Program-made: the position numbers and the translations under genes
DNA from: Candidatus Rokuibacteriota bacterium
GTDB taxonomy: Bacteria; Methylomirabilota; Methylomirabilia; Rokubacteriales; DASRDR01
Assembly (NCBI GenBank): GCA_044866005.1
Contig: JBIOTN010000156.1
Span: 1-58,930, forward strand
DNA length: 58,930 nt
Reading direction: 5' to 3'
The notes under the pieces: model-generated
The model's database searches: none
What the model saw: only the letters and a program-made list of their open reading frames with translations
What the model was told of the DNA's origin: nothing
Part shown: piece by piece, positions 1 to 10,243 of the stretch
Position numbering within the stretch: the stretch's first letter is position 1
How the letters are laid out: the number at the start of each line of letters is the position of its first letter

Positions 1-90
1 TACCGGTTCGACATGATCGCGGTGCGGGATCGGGGCGGGGGACGGTACGCGCTTCAGCATGTGGAGGATGCTTGGAGAATAGTTAGGTGA
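1..90 (+). CDS. YraN/UPF0102 family protein, C-terminal fragment (truncated by window edge)
   Basis: Frame 1 reads YRFDMIAVRDRGGGRYALQHVEDAWRIVR*, matching the RFD(V/M)IAV...H(I/V)EDA(F/W) C-terminus of YraN proteins. Confidence 0.7.
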   Translation, partial: YRFDMIAVRDRGGGRYALQHVEDAWRIVR

Positions 91-180
91 CTGAAAATCA
101 GTCACTAATGTACTATTGATTCGGAAGATGTTCGGCATTAGTTTGTAGTCCAGCTCACTTATGTAGCAAAATCAGTCACT
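87..180 (+). promoter_or_regulatory. recA promoter region with candidate operators
   Basis: TTGATT(116-121)-N17-TAGTTT(139-144). Perfect inverted repeat GTGACTGA-AAA-TCAGTCAC at 87-105. AAAATCAGTCACT occurs at 94-106 and 168-180. Confidence 0.6.
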
Positions 181-197
181 CTCTAATCGAGGCAAAC

Positions 198-1229
<1,032 letters not shown>

Positions 1230-1351
1230 GCCGCCCGGCGCCCCTCGATGCCCGACGCGCCCGCGCCGTCGCGCTCGACCTCCTGAGCCGGAAGGCCTGG
1301 ACCCGCCGCGCGCTCCGTGACCGGCTCCGCCGCCGGGGCGCTCCCGCCGGG

Positions 1352-1720
1352 GTGGCTCAGGGGGTGGTCGCCGACCTCGAGGCGCGCGGCTACGTGGACG
1401 ACCGCGCGTTCGCCCTCGCCTGGGCGGACTCCCGCGCGCGCGGGCGCGCCCTCGGCAGCCGGCGCCTCCGCCAGGAGCTGCTCGCGAAAGGGGTGGCCCG
1501 GCCGCTCGTGGACGAGGCCGTGGCCGCCGCGTGCGGCGCGGTGGACGAGGAGGCGCGCGCCCGGGCCGCGGCGGCGCGGCGGCTCGCCGCGCTCGGCCCA
1601 TCGGCGCCCGGGCCCGCCGCGCGCCGGCTCGGCGCGTACCTGCTCCGGCGGGGCTTTTCCGGGGATCTGGTCCGCCGCGTCGTGCGGGAGGCCTGCGGCA
1701 TCCCGCTCGCGGCGGAGTGA
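1352..1720 (+). CDS. recX: Regulatory protein RecX (homology extends upstream of the first canonical start)
   Basis: Directly after recA. GYVDDRAFA, GSRRLRQELLAKGV and YLLRRGF motifs. The in-frame upstream sequence ARAVALDLLSRKAWTRRALRDRLRRRG also looks like RecX. Confidence 0.9.
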   Translation: MAQGVVADLEARGYVDDRAFALAWADSRARGRALGSRRLRQELLAKGVARPLVDEAVAAACGAVDEEARARAAAARRLAALGPSAPGPAARRLGAYLLRRGFSGDLVRRVVREACGIPLAAE

Positions 1721-1734
1721 GAGGAGGGCGGCGC

Positions 1735-2220
1735 ATGGCGACGGAGCGGCAGGCGCTGATCGCGCGGTACGAGGCGGGCTACGGCGAGGTGGTCGACGCC
1801 CTCCGGGGCATCACGCCCGACGAGCTCGACTGGCGCCCGACCCCGAGCGAGTGGAGCGCGCGGGAGGTCGTCCACCACCTCGCCGACAGCGAGACGATCA
1901 GCGGCATCCGGCTCCGGCGCCTCCTCGCGGAGGACGCGCCGGCGATCCAGGGCTACGACGAGTCCGTCTACGCCCGGCGCCTCCACTACGCCGACCGGCC
2001 GATCGAGCCGGCCCTTCGGGCGCTGGAGGCGGCGCGGGCCACGACCGCCCAGATCCTCCACGGCATGACCGACGCCGACTGGCGGCGGGCCGGCACCCAC
2101 AGCGAATCCGGCCCGTACTCGGCCGAGCGCTGGCTCGAGATCTACGCCGCCCACGCGCACGATCACGCGGGCCAGGTCCGCCGGAACCGCGCGGCCTGGG
2201 CGGCGCGGCGCGGCGCCTGA
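1735..2220 (+). CDS. DinB/YfiT-like four-helix metal-binding protein
   Basis: RBS GAGGAGG before ATG 1735. WSAREVVHHLADSE and HAHDH motifs. Confidence 0.85.
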   Translation: MATERQALIARYEAGYGEVVDALRGITPDELDWRPTPSEWSAREVVHHLADSETISGIRLRRLLAEDAPAIQGYDESVYARRLHYADRPIEPALRALEAARATTAQILHGMTDADWRRAGTHSESGPYSAERWLEIYAAHAHDHAGQVRRNRAAWAARRGA

Positions 2221-2240
2221 TCCCGCCGCGTCCCCCGGGC

Positions 2241-3698
2241 GTGCTCGCCATCGCCCGCGACCTCGCCGCCCGTGCCCTCGAGACGGCGCGGGTTCGCGGC
2301 GCCCGCTATGCGGATGCCCGCGTCGTCCACCGCGAGGTCGAGGACATCCTGGTCCGCAACGGCCACGTCGACGCCGTCACCCGGAGCGACGCCGCCGGCC
2401 TCAGCGTGCGGGTCGTGGCGGACGGCGCCTGGGGCTTCGCCGCCTCGCAGGAGCTCCGGGCGGACGAGGCCGACCGCGTCGCGGCGCTCGCAGTCGCCAC
2501 CGCGCGGGCCTCCGCCCTGGTCAAGCAGGACGACGTCCGGCTGGCCGAGCTCACGCCCGTCCGCGCCACGTACCGGACGCCCGTCGAGATCGATCCCTTC
2601 GCCGTCCCGCTCGGCGAGCGGGTGGACCTGCTCCTCCGGGCCGACGCGGCGATGCGAGCGGTCCGGGGCCTCCGCACCACGCGCGCCTCGGCGGAGATCT
2701 GGCGGGAGACGAAGCTCTTCGCCTCGAGCGAGGGCGCGGAGATCGAGCAGACGCTCCACGAGTGCGGGTGCGCCATCGAGGCCGAGGCGGTCGGCGCGGG
2801 CGAGATGCAGCGGCGCTCCTACCCGAACTCGGGCGCCCGCCACCAGAACACCGGCGGCTGGGAGTTCGTCCTTCGCCAGGACCTGGTCGGCCACGCCCCG
2901 CGCATCGCGGAGGAGGCGGTCGCGCTGCTCTCGGCCAAGCCCTGTCCCCAGGACATCCGGACGACCGTGATCCTCTCGGGCAACCAGCTCGCGCTGCAGA
3001 CGCACGAGTCCTGCGGCCACCCCATCGAGCTCGACCGGGTGCTCGGAACCGAGGCGGCCTTCGCCGGGACGTCGTTCCTGACGCCGGACCGGCTCGGCAC
3101 CTTCCGCTACGGCAGCGAGCACGTGAACATCCAGATCGACTCGGTCCTGCCCGGCGGCCTCGGCACCTTCGGGTTCGACGACGAGGGCGTCCCGGCCACC
3201 ACCGGCTGGGCCGTGCGCGAGGGGCGCTTCGTTGGCTACCTGATGAGCCGCGAGACGGCGGCGGCCCTCGGCCTCCGGTCGAACGGCACGATGCGTGGGG
3301 ACGGCTGGTCGGCGCTCCCGCTCATCCGGATGACCAACGTCTCCGTCATGCCGGGAACCTGGAGGCTCGAGGACCTCGTCGCGGACACCGACGAGGGGAT
3401 CCTCATGGACACGAACCGCTCGTGGTCGATCGACGACCGCCGGCTCAACTTCCAGTTCGGGACCGAGATCGCCTGGGAAATCCGCAAGGGCCAGCGGGGC
3501 GCCATGCTGCGGAACGCGACGTATACCGGCATCACGCCCGAGTTCTGGCGCTCGTGCGACGCCGTCTGCGGCGAGCGCGACTGGGTGATGTGGGGCACGC
3601 CGAACTGCGGGAAGGGCCAGCCCGGGCAGTCGGCGCACACCGGGCACGGCGCGGCGCCGGCCCGCTTCCGGAACGTCCGGGTCGGGGTCCTGCGGTGA
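2241..3698 (+). CDS. tldD: TldD metalloprotease subunit
   Basis: HESCGH (HExxGH), FGFDDEGV, PLIRMTN and NCGKGQP motifs. GTG start inferred. Confidence 0.92.
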   Translation: MLAIARDLAARALETARVRGARYADARVVHREVEDILVRNGHVDAVTRSDAAGLSVRVVADGAWGFAASQELRADEADRVAALAVATARASALVKQDDVRLAELTPVRATYRTPVEIDPFAVPLGERVDLLLRADAAMRAVRGLRTTRASAEIWRETKLFASSEGAEIEQTLHECGCAIEAEAVGAGEMQRRSYPNSGARHQNTGGWEFVLRQDLVGHAPRIAEEAVALLSAKPCPQDIRTTVILSGNQLALQTHESCGHPIELDRVLGTEAAFAGTSFLTPDRLGTFRYGSEHVNIQIDSVLPGGLGTFGFDDEGVPATTGWAVREGRFVGYLMSRETAAALGLRSNGTMRGDGWSALPLIRMTNVSVMPGTWRLEDLVADTDEGILMDTNRSWSIDDRRLNFQFGTEIAWEIRKGQRGAMLRNATYTGITPEFWRSCDAVCGERDWVMWGTPNCGKGQPGQSAHTGHGAAPARFRNVRVGVLR

Positions 3699-5101
3699 GG
3701 TCCGCCCTCGCGCCGCGCGAGGCGCCGGGGTGTCTCGGCGAGCGTGCGCTGCGGGAGGTGATCGCGCAGGCGCTCCACGCGGCGCAGGGCGACGAGGCCG
3801 AGGCGCTCCTGCTGGGGCGGACGCTCGCGCTCACCCGCTTCGCGAACAACGCGATCCACCAGAACCTGGCCGTCGCCAGCGCGAACCTGCGCGTCCGGGT
3901 CGTCGCGGGCAAGCGCGTCGCGGCCGTGTGGACGAATCGCCTCGACCCGGCCGGCGTGGCGGAGGCGGCCCGGCGGGCGAGCGAGCTGGCCCGGGTCTCG
4001 GCGGAGAACCCGCAGTGGAGCGGTTTGCCCGGCGCGGCGCCTGCGGCCGCGGTCCCCGCCTTCTGCGAGGCGACCGCCGCCGCCGCCCCGGAGGCGCGGG
4101 CGCGGGCGGCGGGGCGCGTCTGCGGCGCATCCCGCGGCGCCGGGCTCTCCGCGGCGGGCTACGTCTCGACCGCGGTCAACGAGGTCGCGGTCGGGTCGAG
4201 CCGCGGGGTGCGGGCCTACCACGCGGGCACGGTGGCCGAGGCCCAGGCCGTCCTCATGGGGGCCGACGGCTCGGGCTATGCCGACCGGGTCCACGCGGAC
4301 TTCGACGCCCTGGACGTCGAGGCGGTCGCGCGCGAGGCCCTCGACACCGCGCGCCGCGCCCAGCGGCCGCGCGACCTCGCGCCCGGCCGCTACGAGGTCG
4401 TCCTCGCGCCCTACGCGGTGGCCGACATCGTGGAGTTTCTCGGGACGCAGCTCACCGGGCTCGCCGTGGAGGAAGGTCGCTCGTTCGTCGGCGGCCGTCT
4501 CGGCGAGCGCGTCACGGGCGACGCGGTGACGCTCGTCGAGGACCCCGCCGACCCGGCGGGCCTGCCGCGGCCGTTCGACTTCGAGGGCGTGCCCTCGGCG
4601 CGTCTGACGCTGATCGAGCAGGGCGTCGCCCGCCACGTCGTCTACGACTCGCAGACGGCCGCCCGGAACGGGGCCCGGAACACGGGGCACGCCCTCCCGA
4701 CCGGCACCGCCGTCCCCCTGCCGATGCATCTCCGGCTCGAGCCGGGGGCCAAGGCCCGCGAGGCCCTGATCGCCGGGGTACGGCGCGGCCTCCTCGTGAC
4801 CCGCTTCTGGTATACGCGCTGGGTCCACCCGCTGCGGACCGTCGTCACCGGCATGACGCGCGACGGGACCTTCGTGATCGAGGGGGGCGAGGTCGCCTAC
4901 CCCGTGCGGAATCTCCGCTTCACCCAGTCCTACCACGAGGCGCTCGCCGGCACGGTGGCGATGGAGGCGACGCTCAAGCTCGAGCGCCTCGACCTCTGGG
5001 ACGTCGACGCCGGCTCGACCCGGGTGCCGGCGCTCCACCTGGCGGCGTTCGACTTCACGGGCACGACGCCGGACGAGGCATCCCCCACCTCCCCGCGGTA
5101 G
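3695..5101 (+). CDS. pmbA: TldE/PmbA family protein
   Basis: GTGA overlap with the tldD stop. TRFANNAIHQN, PFDFEGV and TGMTRDGTF motifs. Lacks HExxH. Confidence 0.88.
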   Translation: MRSALAPREAPGCLGERALREVIAQALHAAQGDEAEALLLGRTLALTRFANNAIHQNLAVASANLRVRVVAGKRVAAVWTNRLDPAGVAEAARRASELARVSAENPQWSGLPGAAPAAAVPAFCEATAAAAPEARARAAGRVCGASRGAGLSAAGYVSTAVNEVAVGSSRGVRAYHAGTVAEAQAVLMGADGSGYADRVHADFDALDVEAVAREALDTARRAQRPRDLAPGRYEVVLAPYAVADIVEFLGTQLTGLAVEEGRSFVGGRLGERVTGDAVTLVEDPADPAGLPRPFDFEGVPSARLTLIEQGVARHVVYDSQTAARNGARNTGHALPTGTAVPLPMHLRLEPGAKAREALIAGVRRGLLVTRFWYTRWVHPLRTVVTGMTRDGTFVIEGGEVAYPVRNLRFTQSYHEALAGTVAMEATLKLERLDLWDVDAGSTRVPALHLAAFDFTGTTPDEASPTSPR

Positions 5102-5111
5102 CATGGCAGGC

Positions 5112-8100
5112 ATGATCTGTCCGGCCTGCGCGGGCGAGGTCCCCCCGGGCTTCAAGTTCTGCGGCAACTGCGGCCAGAAGCTCGTCGGCGCCGGCGCGCC
5201 TGCCGAGACGGCCGGCACCCGGATGTCGCCGTCGCCCGCCCCCGGGCCGGGGGGTGAGCGGCGCGAGGTGACAGTCCTCTTCGCCGACGTGAGCGGCTTC
5301 ACCGCCATGTGCGAGCGGCTCGACCCCGAGGACGTCCAGGCGGTCATGAACGAGTGCTTCGCGGGGCTGGGCGGCGCGATCCAGGACGAAGAGGGGTACA
5401 TCGACAAGTACATCGGCGACAACGTCATGGCCCTCTTCGGCGCGCCGGTCGCGCACGAGGACGACCCGGCGCGCGCGTGCCGGGCGGCCCTGGCGATGCA
5501 GGCGTTCCTCCGCGGGTTCGCCATCCGGTGCCGGGAGCTCACGGGCGTCGAGCTCCGGATGCGCATCGGGGTCCACTGCGGGCTCGTGCTGGCGGGCGAC
5601 GTCGGCTCCGGCGTGCGCATGGATTACTCGGTCATGGGGGACACGGTGAACCTGGCGTCGCGGCTCGAGTCCGCGGCGGCGCCGGGCGCCATCCTCGTGT
5701 CGGCCGAGGTGGCGAAGCGGACGCGCGGGCAGTTCGAGCTCGGCCCGGTCCGGCGGTTGTCGGTGAAGGGCAAGGAGCGGCCGGTCGAGGCCCACGAGCT
5801 CGTGCGCGAAATCTCGGCGCGCGGCCGCGACGAGCGCTCGGCGCCCCTCGTCGGGCGGGACCGGGAGCTCGACGTGCTCGTGGCCCGCTGGCGAGAGGCG
5901 TGCCGGGGCCGCGGCTGGGTCGAGGTCCGCGGCGAGATCGGGATCGGCAAGACCCGTCTGGTCGACGAAGCCGGCCGCCGGATCGAGGAGAGCCGCCTCC
6001 TCGCGGTCGCGGGGACGCCGAATGCGAGTCGGCGGCCGTTCGGGCTCGTCCGGCGCCTGGTCCTCGCCGCGGTGAGCGAGGTGACGGGCCAGGCGCCTCA
6101 GCCCGAGACCCGAGAGGCCTTCGCCGCCGCCGTCCTCCCCCTGGGGGAGGCACTCACGCCCTTCCTCGACGCGCTCTGGTACCTGGCGACCCCCACGCGC
6201 GTCATCGTGCCCGCGCCCGACCCGGATGCCCAGACGCTGCGCCGGACGCTGGAGCGCGGCGTCGTGACGCTGCTCGGCGGCCTCGCGGCGCACGTGCCGC
6301 GTCTGACGCTGTTCGTCGACTCGTACGAGTGGGCCGACGATGCCTCCGCGGCGCTGCTCGAGTCGCTCGCCGAGGGGCCGGAGGGGTTTCCCGTGCCCGT
6401 GGTCGTCGCGACGCGCGAGGAGGGGCGACCGCCGCGTCGCCCGGAGGCGACGATCCGCCTCGGCCGGCTGCCCGACGACGCCTCGAACGAGCTCCTCGAT
6501 CGCCTGCTCCACGGCGTCCCGCTCCCGGTCGAACTCCGGCGCGACATCCTGGAGCGGGCGGCCGGCGTGCCGCTCTTCCTGGAAGAGATGGTCCAGGCCC
6601 TCGTCGAGCAAGGCCTGCTGGCCCAGGGCACGGACGGCCAGTGGTGCTGGGCGTGCCGCGCCGAAGCGGCGGCGGTGAGCCTGCCGGCGTCGATCCGGGC
6701 GGCGATGGTGGCGCGGCTGGACCGCGTGGAGCGGGCGCCGCGGGAGCTCGTGAACCAGTGCTCGGTCCAGGGGGTGGAGTTCGACCTGGACGTCGCCGAG
6801 GCGGTCCGCCGGGCGCCGGCTCGGCAGGGCCCGCCGGTCGCCACGCTTCTCCCCGCGCTCGAGCGGCTCGCCCTGGTCGCGGGCGTGGGACGGGACCAGC
6901 CGAACCGGTGGGCGTTCCGGCAGCCGCTCCTGCAGGAGGCGTGCTACGAGACGTTACTGATCCGCGAGCGCCGGGCGCTGCACGCCGAAACGGCCGAGGC
7001 GCTGTGCGAGCTGCTCGGCGGACCGGGGTACGTTTCCCCGGCGCTCCTGGCCCACCACTACGAGCGAGCCGAGCGGTGGCGGGAGGCGGCGGACGCGCAT
7101 CTCCGGGCCGGGCGCCAGGCCGCCGAGCTCTTCCTGAACGAGGACGCGGTACGCCGCTACAGGCGCGCGCTCGAGACGATCGATCGCGTGGCCACGCGAT
7201 GGGAGGCCGACGAGCGCCGGGTGGCGCTCGCGCACCGCGGGCTGGCCCGGGTCTACCTGCGCGTCGGCGCCTACGCGGGGGCGGAGGAGCACGCCATCGC
7301 CATGCGCGAGGTCGCGGCGCGCCCGGCCGACCGGGCCGAGGCCGACCGGCTCCACGCCGCGGCCTGCGTCCACACGGGCCGGACCGAGGAAGCCGAGGCC
7401 CTGCTGGTCGCCGCGGTGGCGGCGGCCGGGGAGGATCCGGGCGAGGTGCTCGTGCGCGTGCTCTACGACCTCGCGGAGCTCCACCATCGCGCCAACCGCA
7501 CGGCCGACGCCCTCGCGCGGCTCGCCGAGTCCCGGAGGGCGATGGCGGCCGGTGACCGCCTCCACCTGATCCGCGCCGACATGCTGGAGGGCAAGATCGC
7601 GCACACGGAGGGTCGGTTCGCCGACGCGGCGGCGCTCTACGCGCGGGCGTACGACGAGGCCGAGCGCGTCGGGAGCCTCTCCGACCGCGCGCGGGCGGCG
7701 AACAACCTCGGCAACGCCGCCCGCGACCTCGGCGACTACGAGGCCTCGCGCCGGCAGTTCGCGCGGGCGCTCGAGATCTGGGAGCGGACGGGGGACACCG
7801 AGTGTATCGCCGGCGCCCACAACAACCTCGGGAACCTCGCGATGAGCCAGGGCGACTTCGAGAGCGCGCGCGTCCACCACGAGTGGTCGCTCCAGGCCTG
7901 CCGCAAGATCGGCAACGTCCACGGGGCCGCGCTCGCCCAGGCGAACCTCGCCACCCTGGCGATCGAGCAGGAGGACGGTCCGCGAGGCGTCGCGTCCGCG
8001 CAGGCGGCGCTCGAGACGCTGGGGGCCTCCGGGAACGCCGTGCTGCGCGGGCTCGTCCTCATCGTCCTCGGCGAGGCGCACCTCGCGGCCGGGGAGGTGA

Positions 8101-8465
8101 GGGCCGCGCAGGCGGCCTTCGACCAGGTGCTCCGCGAGTACGACGAGGCGCATCACCCGCTCGCCGTCGCGGGGGCGGCGCGCGGGGTCGGGCGCCTCGC
8201 GCTGGCCCGCGGCAGGCCGGCGGACGCCCTCCCCTGGCTCGACCGCGCGGTCGCGACCTACGAGCGCCTGAAGCGCGCCCAGGAGGCGGCGCGGACGACC
8301 CTCTACCGGGCCGAGGCGCTCTGGCGACTCGGGGAGCGGCCGCGGGCGTGCGCCGACCTCGAGGGGGCGCTCGCCCGCTTCGTGGCGATGCGCGCCGACC
8401 GCGACGTCGCGCGCGTCGAGCGGCTGATCCGCGAGCTGGCGATCGCCGACCCTACTGGAAGTTGA
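5112..8465 (+). CDS. Zinc ribbon + class III adenylate/guanylate cyclase + P-loop (STAND-like) ATPase + TPR protein
   Basis: CPAC/CGNC zinc ribbon. Cyclase motifs VLFADVSGFT, DKYIGD and GDTVNLASRL. Walker A GEIGIGKT, GVPLFLEE, and TPRs (ANNLGN, HNNLGN). Start could be 5103. Confidence 0.9.
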   Translation: MICPACAGEVPPGFKFCGNCGQKLVGAGAPAETAGTRMSPSPAPGPGGERREVTVLFADVSGFTAMCERLDPEDVQAVMNECFAGLGGAIQDEEGYIDKYIGDNVMALFGAPVAHEDDPARACRAALAMQAFLRGFAIRCRELTGVELRMRIGVHCGLVLAGDVGSGVRMDYSVMGDTVNLASRLESAAAPGAILVSAEVAKRTRGQFELGPVRRLSVKGKERPVEAHELVREISARGRDERSAPLVGRDRELDVLVARWREACRGRGWVEVRGEIGIGKTRLVDEAGRRIEESRLLAVAGTPNASRRPFGLVRRLVLAAVSEVTGQAPQPETREAFAAAVLPLGEALTPFLDALWYLATPTRVIVPAPDPDAQTLRRTLERGVVTLLGGLAAHVPRLTLFVDSYEWADDASAALLESLAEGPEGFPVPVVVATREEGRPPRRPEATIRLGRLPDDASNELLDRLLHGVPLPVELRRDILERAAGVPLFLEEMVQALVEQGLLAQGTDGQWCWACRAEAAAVSLPASIRAAMVARLDRVERAPRELVNQCSVQGVEFDLDVAEAVRRAPARQGPPVATLLPALERLALVAGVGRDQPNRWAFRQPLLQEACYETLLIRERRALHAETAEALCELLGGPGYVSPALLAHHYERAERWREAADAHLRAGRQAAELFLNEDAVRRYRRALETIDRVATRWEADERRVALAHRGLARVYLRVGAYAGAEEHAIAMREVAARPADRAEADRLHAAACVHTGRTEEAEALLVAAVAAAGEDPGEVLVRVLYDLAELHHRANRTADALARLAESRRAMAAGDRLHLIRADMLEGKIAHTEGRFADAAALYARAYDEAERVGSLSDRARAANNLGNAARDLGDYEASRRQFARALEIWERTGDTECIAGAHNNLGNLAMSQGDFESARVHHEWSLQACRKIGNVHGAALAQANLATLAIEQEDGPRGVASAQAALETLGASGNAVLRGLVLIVLGEAHLAAGEVRAAQAAFDQVLREYDEAHHPLAVAGAARGVGRLALARGRPADALPWLDRAVATYERLKRAQEAARTTLYRAEALWRLGERPRACADLEGALARFVAMRADRDVARVERLIRELAIADPTGS

Positions 8466-9273
8466 TCCCGACCCCCACGTAGACGGCGAGGTTCTTCAGC
8501 GTCCCGGTCTGCACGGCCGCGAGCGTGAAGCCGAAGCCGTCGGGGTGGCGCACCTGGATGCCGGCGGCCCAGGGGATCTTGTCCACGCCGCCGCTCTTGT
8601 TCGAGACCTCCGCCACGGCGAAGATGTGCTTCGGCAGCTCGGCCTCGCCTCCCACGTAGCCGAAGTGGCCGTCCTTGCCGACCTCCACCCACGCCTGGCG
8701 GAAGCCGACGTGCGCCCGGACCCCGCGGATCAGGCCGGTCGGGCTGAGCGGGAGGCCCTTGGACGCCGCGACGTAGAGGGTCTTCTTCTCGATCGCGTCG
8801 TCGCCGAAGAGGAAGATCCCGCCCACGCTCAGCTCCGGCAGTCCGCCTGCGTCCTTGAGCAATCGCACGCGTGCCATGGGCCCACCGACCGTCGGGTTGT
8901 CGTCCTTCCCGGGCCCATCGACGAGGAGGCCGCCGGCGCCGATCTCGAGCCAGTCGGTCAGGCCGAAGCCGGCGATCGCCCCGTGGCCGACGGCGGTGTC
9001 GTGGCCGACGTGAAAGATGAGGGCGCAGTACTGGAGCGTGAACTGGTACTGCCCGAGGGTGCCCGAGGTGGGATTGAGGAACATGCCGGTGGCGAGCTCG
9101 TCCGTGATGAGCCCGCGGCCCCCGACGTACGGGGGCGGCTGCCCGGCCGTCGGGCGCGGCGTCGTGGTGATGGCCTGCGTGACGAGGTCCAGCGTCGCCT
9201 GCGGCTCCACCTCTTGGGCGGTGGCGACCTCGACCCACCCGAGGACGATCAGGACCGCAATGCCGTGGCGCAT
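8452..9273 (-). CDS. Putative outer-membrane beta-barrel protein (possibly YjbH-like), paralog 1
   Basis: Signal peptide, alternating amphipathic strands, C-terminus YVGVGINFQ. Clear paralog of the adjacent gene. Confidence 0.65.
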   Translation of the reverse strand: MRHGIAVLIVLGWVEVATAQEVEPQATLDLVTQAITTTPRPTAGQPPPYVGGRGLITDELATGMFLNPTSGTLGQYQFTLQYCALIFHVGHDTAVGHGAIAGFGLTDWLEIGAGGLLVDGPGKDDNPTVGGPMARVRLLKDAGGLPELSVGGIFLFGDDAIEKKTLYVAASKGLPLSPTGLIRGVRAHVGFRQAWVEVGKDGHFGYVGGEAELPKHIFAVAEVSNKSGGVDKIPWAAGIQVRHPDGFGFTLAAVQTGTLKNLAVYVGVGINFQ

Positions 9274-9345
9274 CTCTGCCCTCCTCTCCCGGATGTCACC
9301 CGCGTCGAGCGGCTGATCCGCGGGCTCGCGCTCGCAGGGCCCGGC

Positions 9346-10137
9346 CTACTGGAAGTTGACCCCGACCCCCACGTAGAGGGCGACCGGCTTGGCCTCGCCG
9401 GTCTGGACGGCGGCCAGCGTGAAGCCGACGCCGTCCGGATGGCGGACCTGAATACCGACCGCCCAGGGGGTCTTCTCGGCCCCGCCGCTCTTGTTGTAGA
9501 CCTCCGCGACCAGGAAGACGTGGCGAGGCAGCTCGGCCTCGGCCCCGAGGTAGCCGAACGAGCCGTTCCGACCTTCCCTGACGAAGCGCTGGCGGAATCC
9601 GACATGACCGCGGACGCCCCGGAGAGGGCCGGTCGGGCTGATCCGGACCCCCTTGGAGGCGGCCGCGTACAGGGTCTGGCTCTCGGCGGCGCGGTCGCCG
9701 ACGAGGACGATCCCGCCGACGGCGAGCTCCGGGAGCCCGCCGCCGTCCTTCAGCAGGCGCAGGCGCACCATGGGGCCGGCGGCGGCCGGCTGGCTGCCGG
9801 GCCCGGCCGCGTCGTCCAGGCGGCCGCCGGCGCCGACCTCGAGCCACTCCGTCAGGCCGAACCCCGCGATCGCGCGATGTCCGATCGCGGTGTCGTGGCC
9901 GACCCTGGAGATCAGCGCGCAGTACTGGAGCGTGAACTCGTGGCGGCCGAGCGTTCCGGAGGTGGGGTTGAGGAACAGCCCGGTCGCCAGCTCGTTCGTG
10001 ATGAGCCCGCGGCCTCCCACGTACGGCGCCTCCGCGGTCGTGGCCGCGCTGCCGGTCACGACCTGCGCGACGGCGGTCGGCGCGAGGACCAGCGCGCTCC
10101 ACCCGAGCGCCAGTGCGGTCCTCATCGCCCGTCGCAT
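9346..10137 (-). CDS. Putative outer-membrane beta-barrel protein, paralog 2
   Basis: Signal peptide ending AVA-Q. Shares PYVGGRGLIT.ELATG.FLNPTSGTLG and QVRHPDG.GFTLAAVQTG with paralog 1. Ends YVGVGVNFQ. Confidence 0.65.
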   Translation of the reverse strand: MRRAMRTALALGWSALVLAPTAVAQVVTGSAATTAEAPYVGGRGLITNELATGLFLNPTSGTLGRHEFTLQYCALISRVGHDTAIGHRAIAGFGLTEWLEVGAGGRLDDAAGPGSQPAAAGPMVRLRLLKDGGGLPELAVGGIVLVGDRAAESQTLYAAASKGVRISPTGPLRGVRGHVGFRQRFVREGRNGSFGYLGAEAELPRHVFLVAEVYNKSGGAEKTPWAVGIQVRHPDGVGFTLAAVQTGEAKPVALYVGVGVNFQ

Positions 10138-10243
10138 GGAATGTCTCGGCCCGGACTATAGGGGTTCTGCCGACGCCTTGTCAAACGAACCCGGGGCGGG
10201 CCGCCTGCAGGGCAAAAGCGGAATCTGGTAAGATGAAGGCCTC

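Noticed and set aside
2241..5101. TldD/PmbA as part of a RiPP cluster
   Set aside because: No precursor peptide, YcaO or other maturation genes are nearby, so this is most likely the general housekeeping pair.
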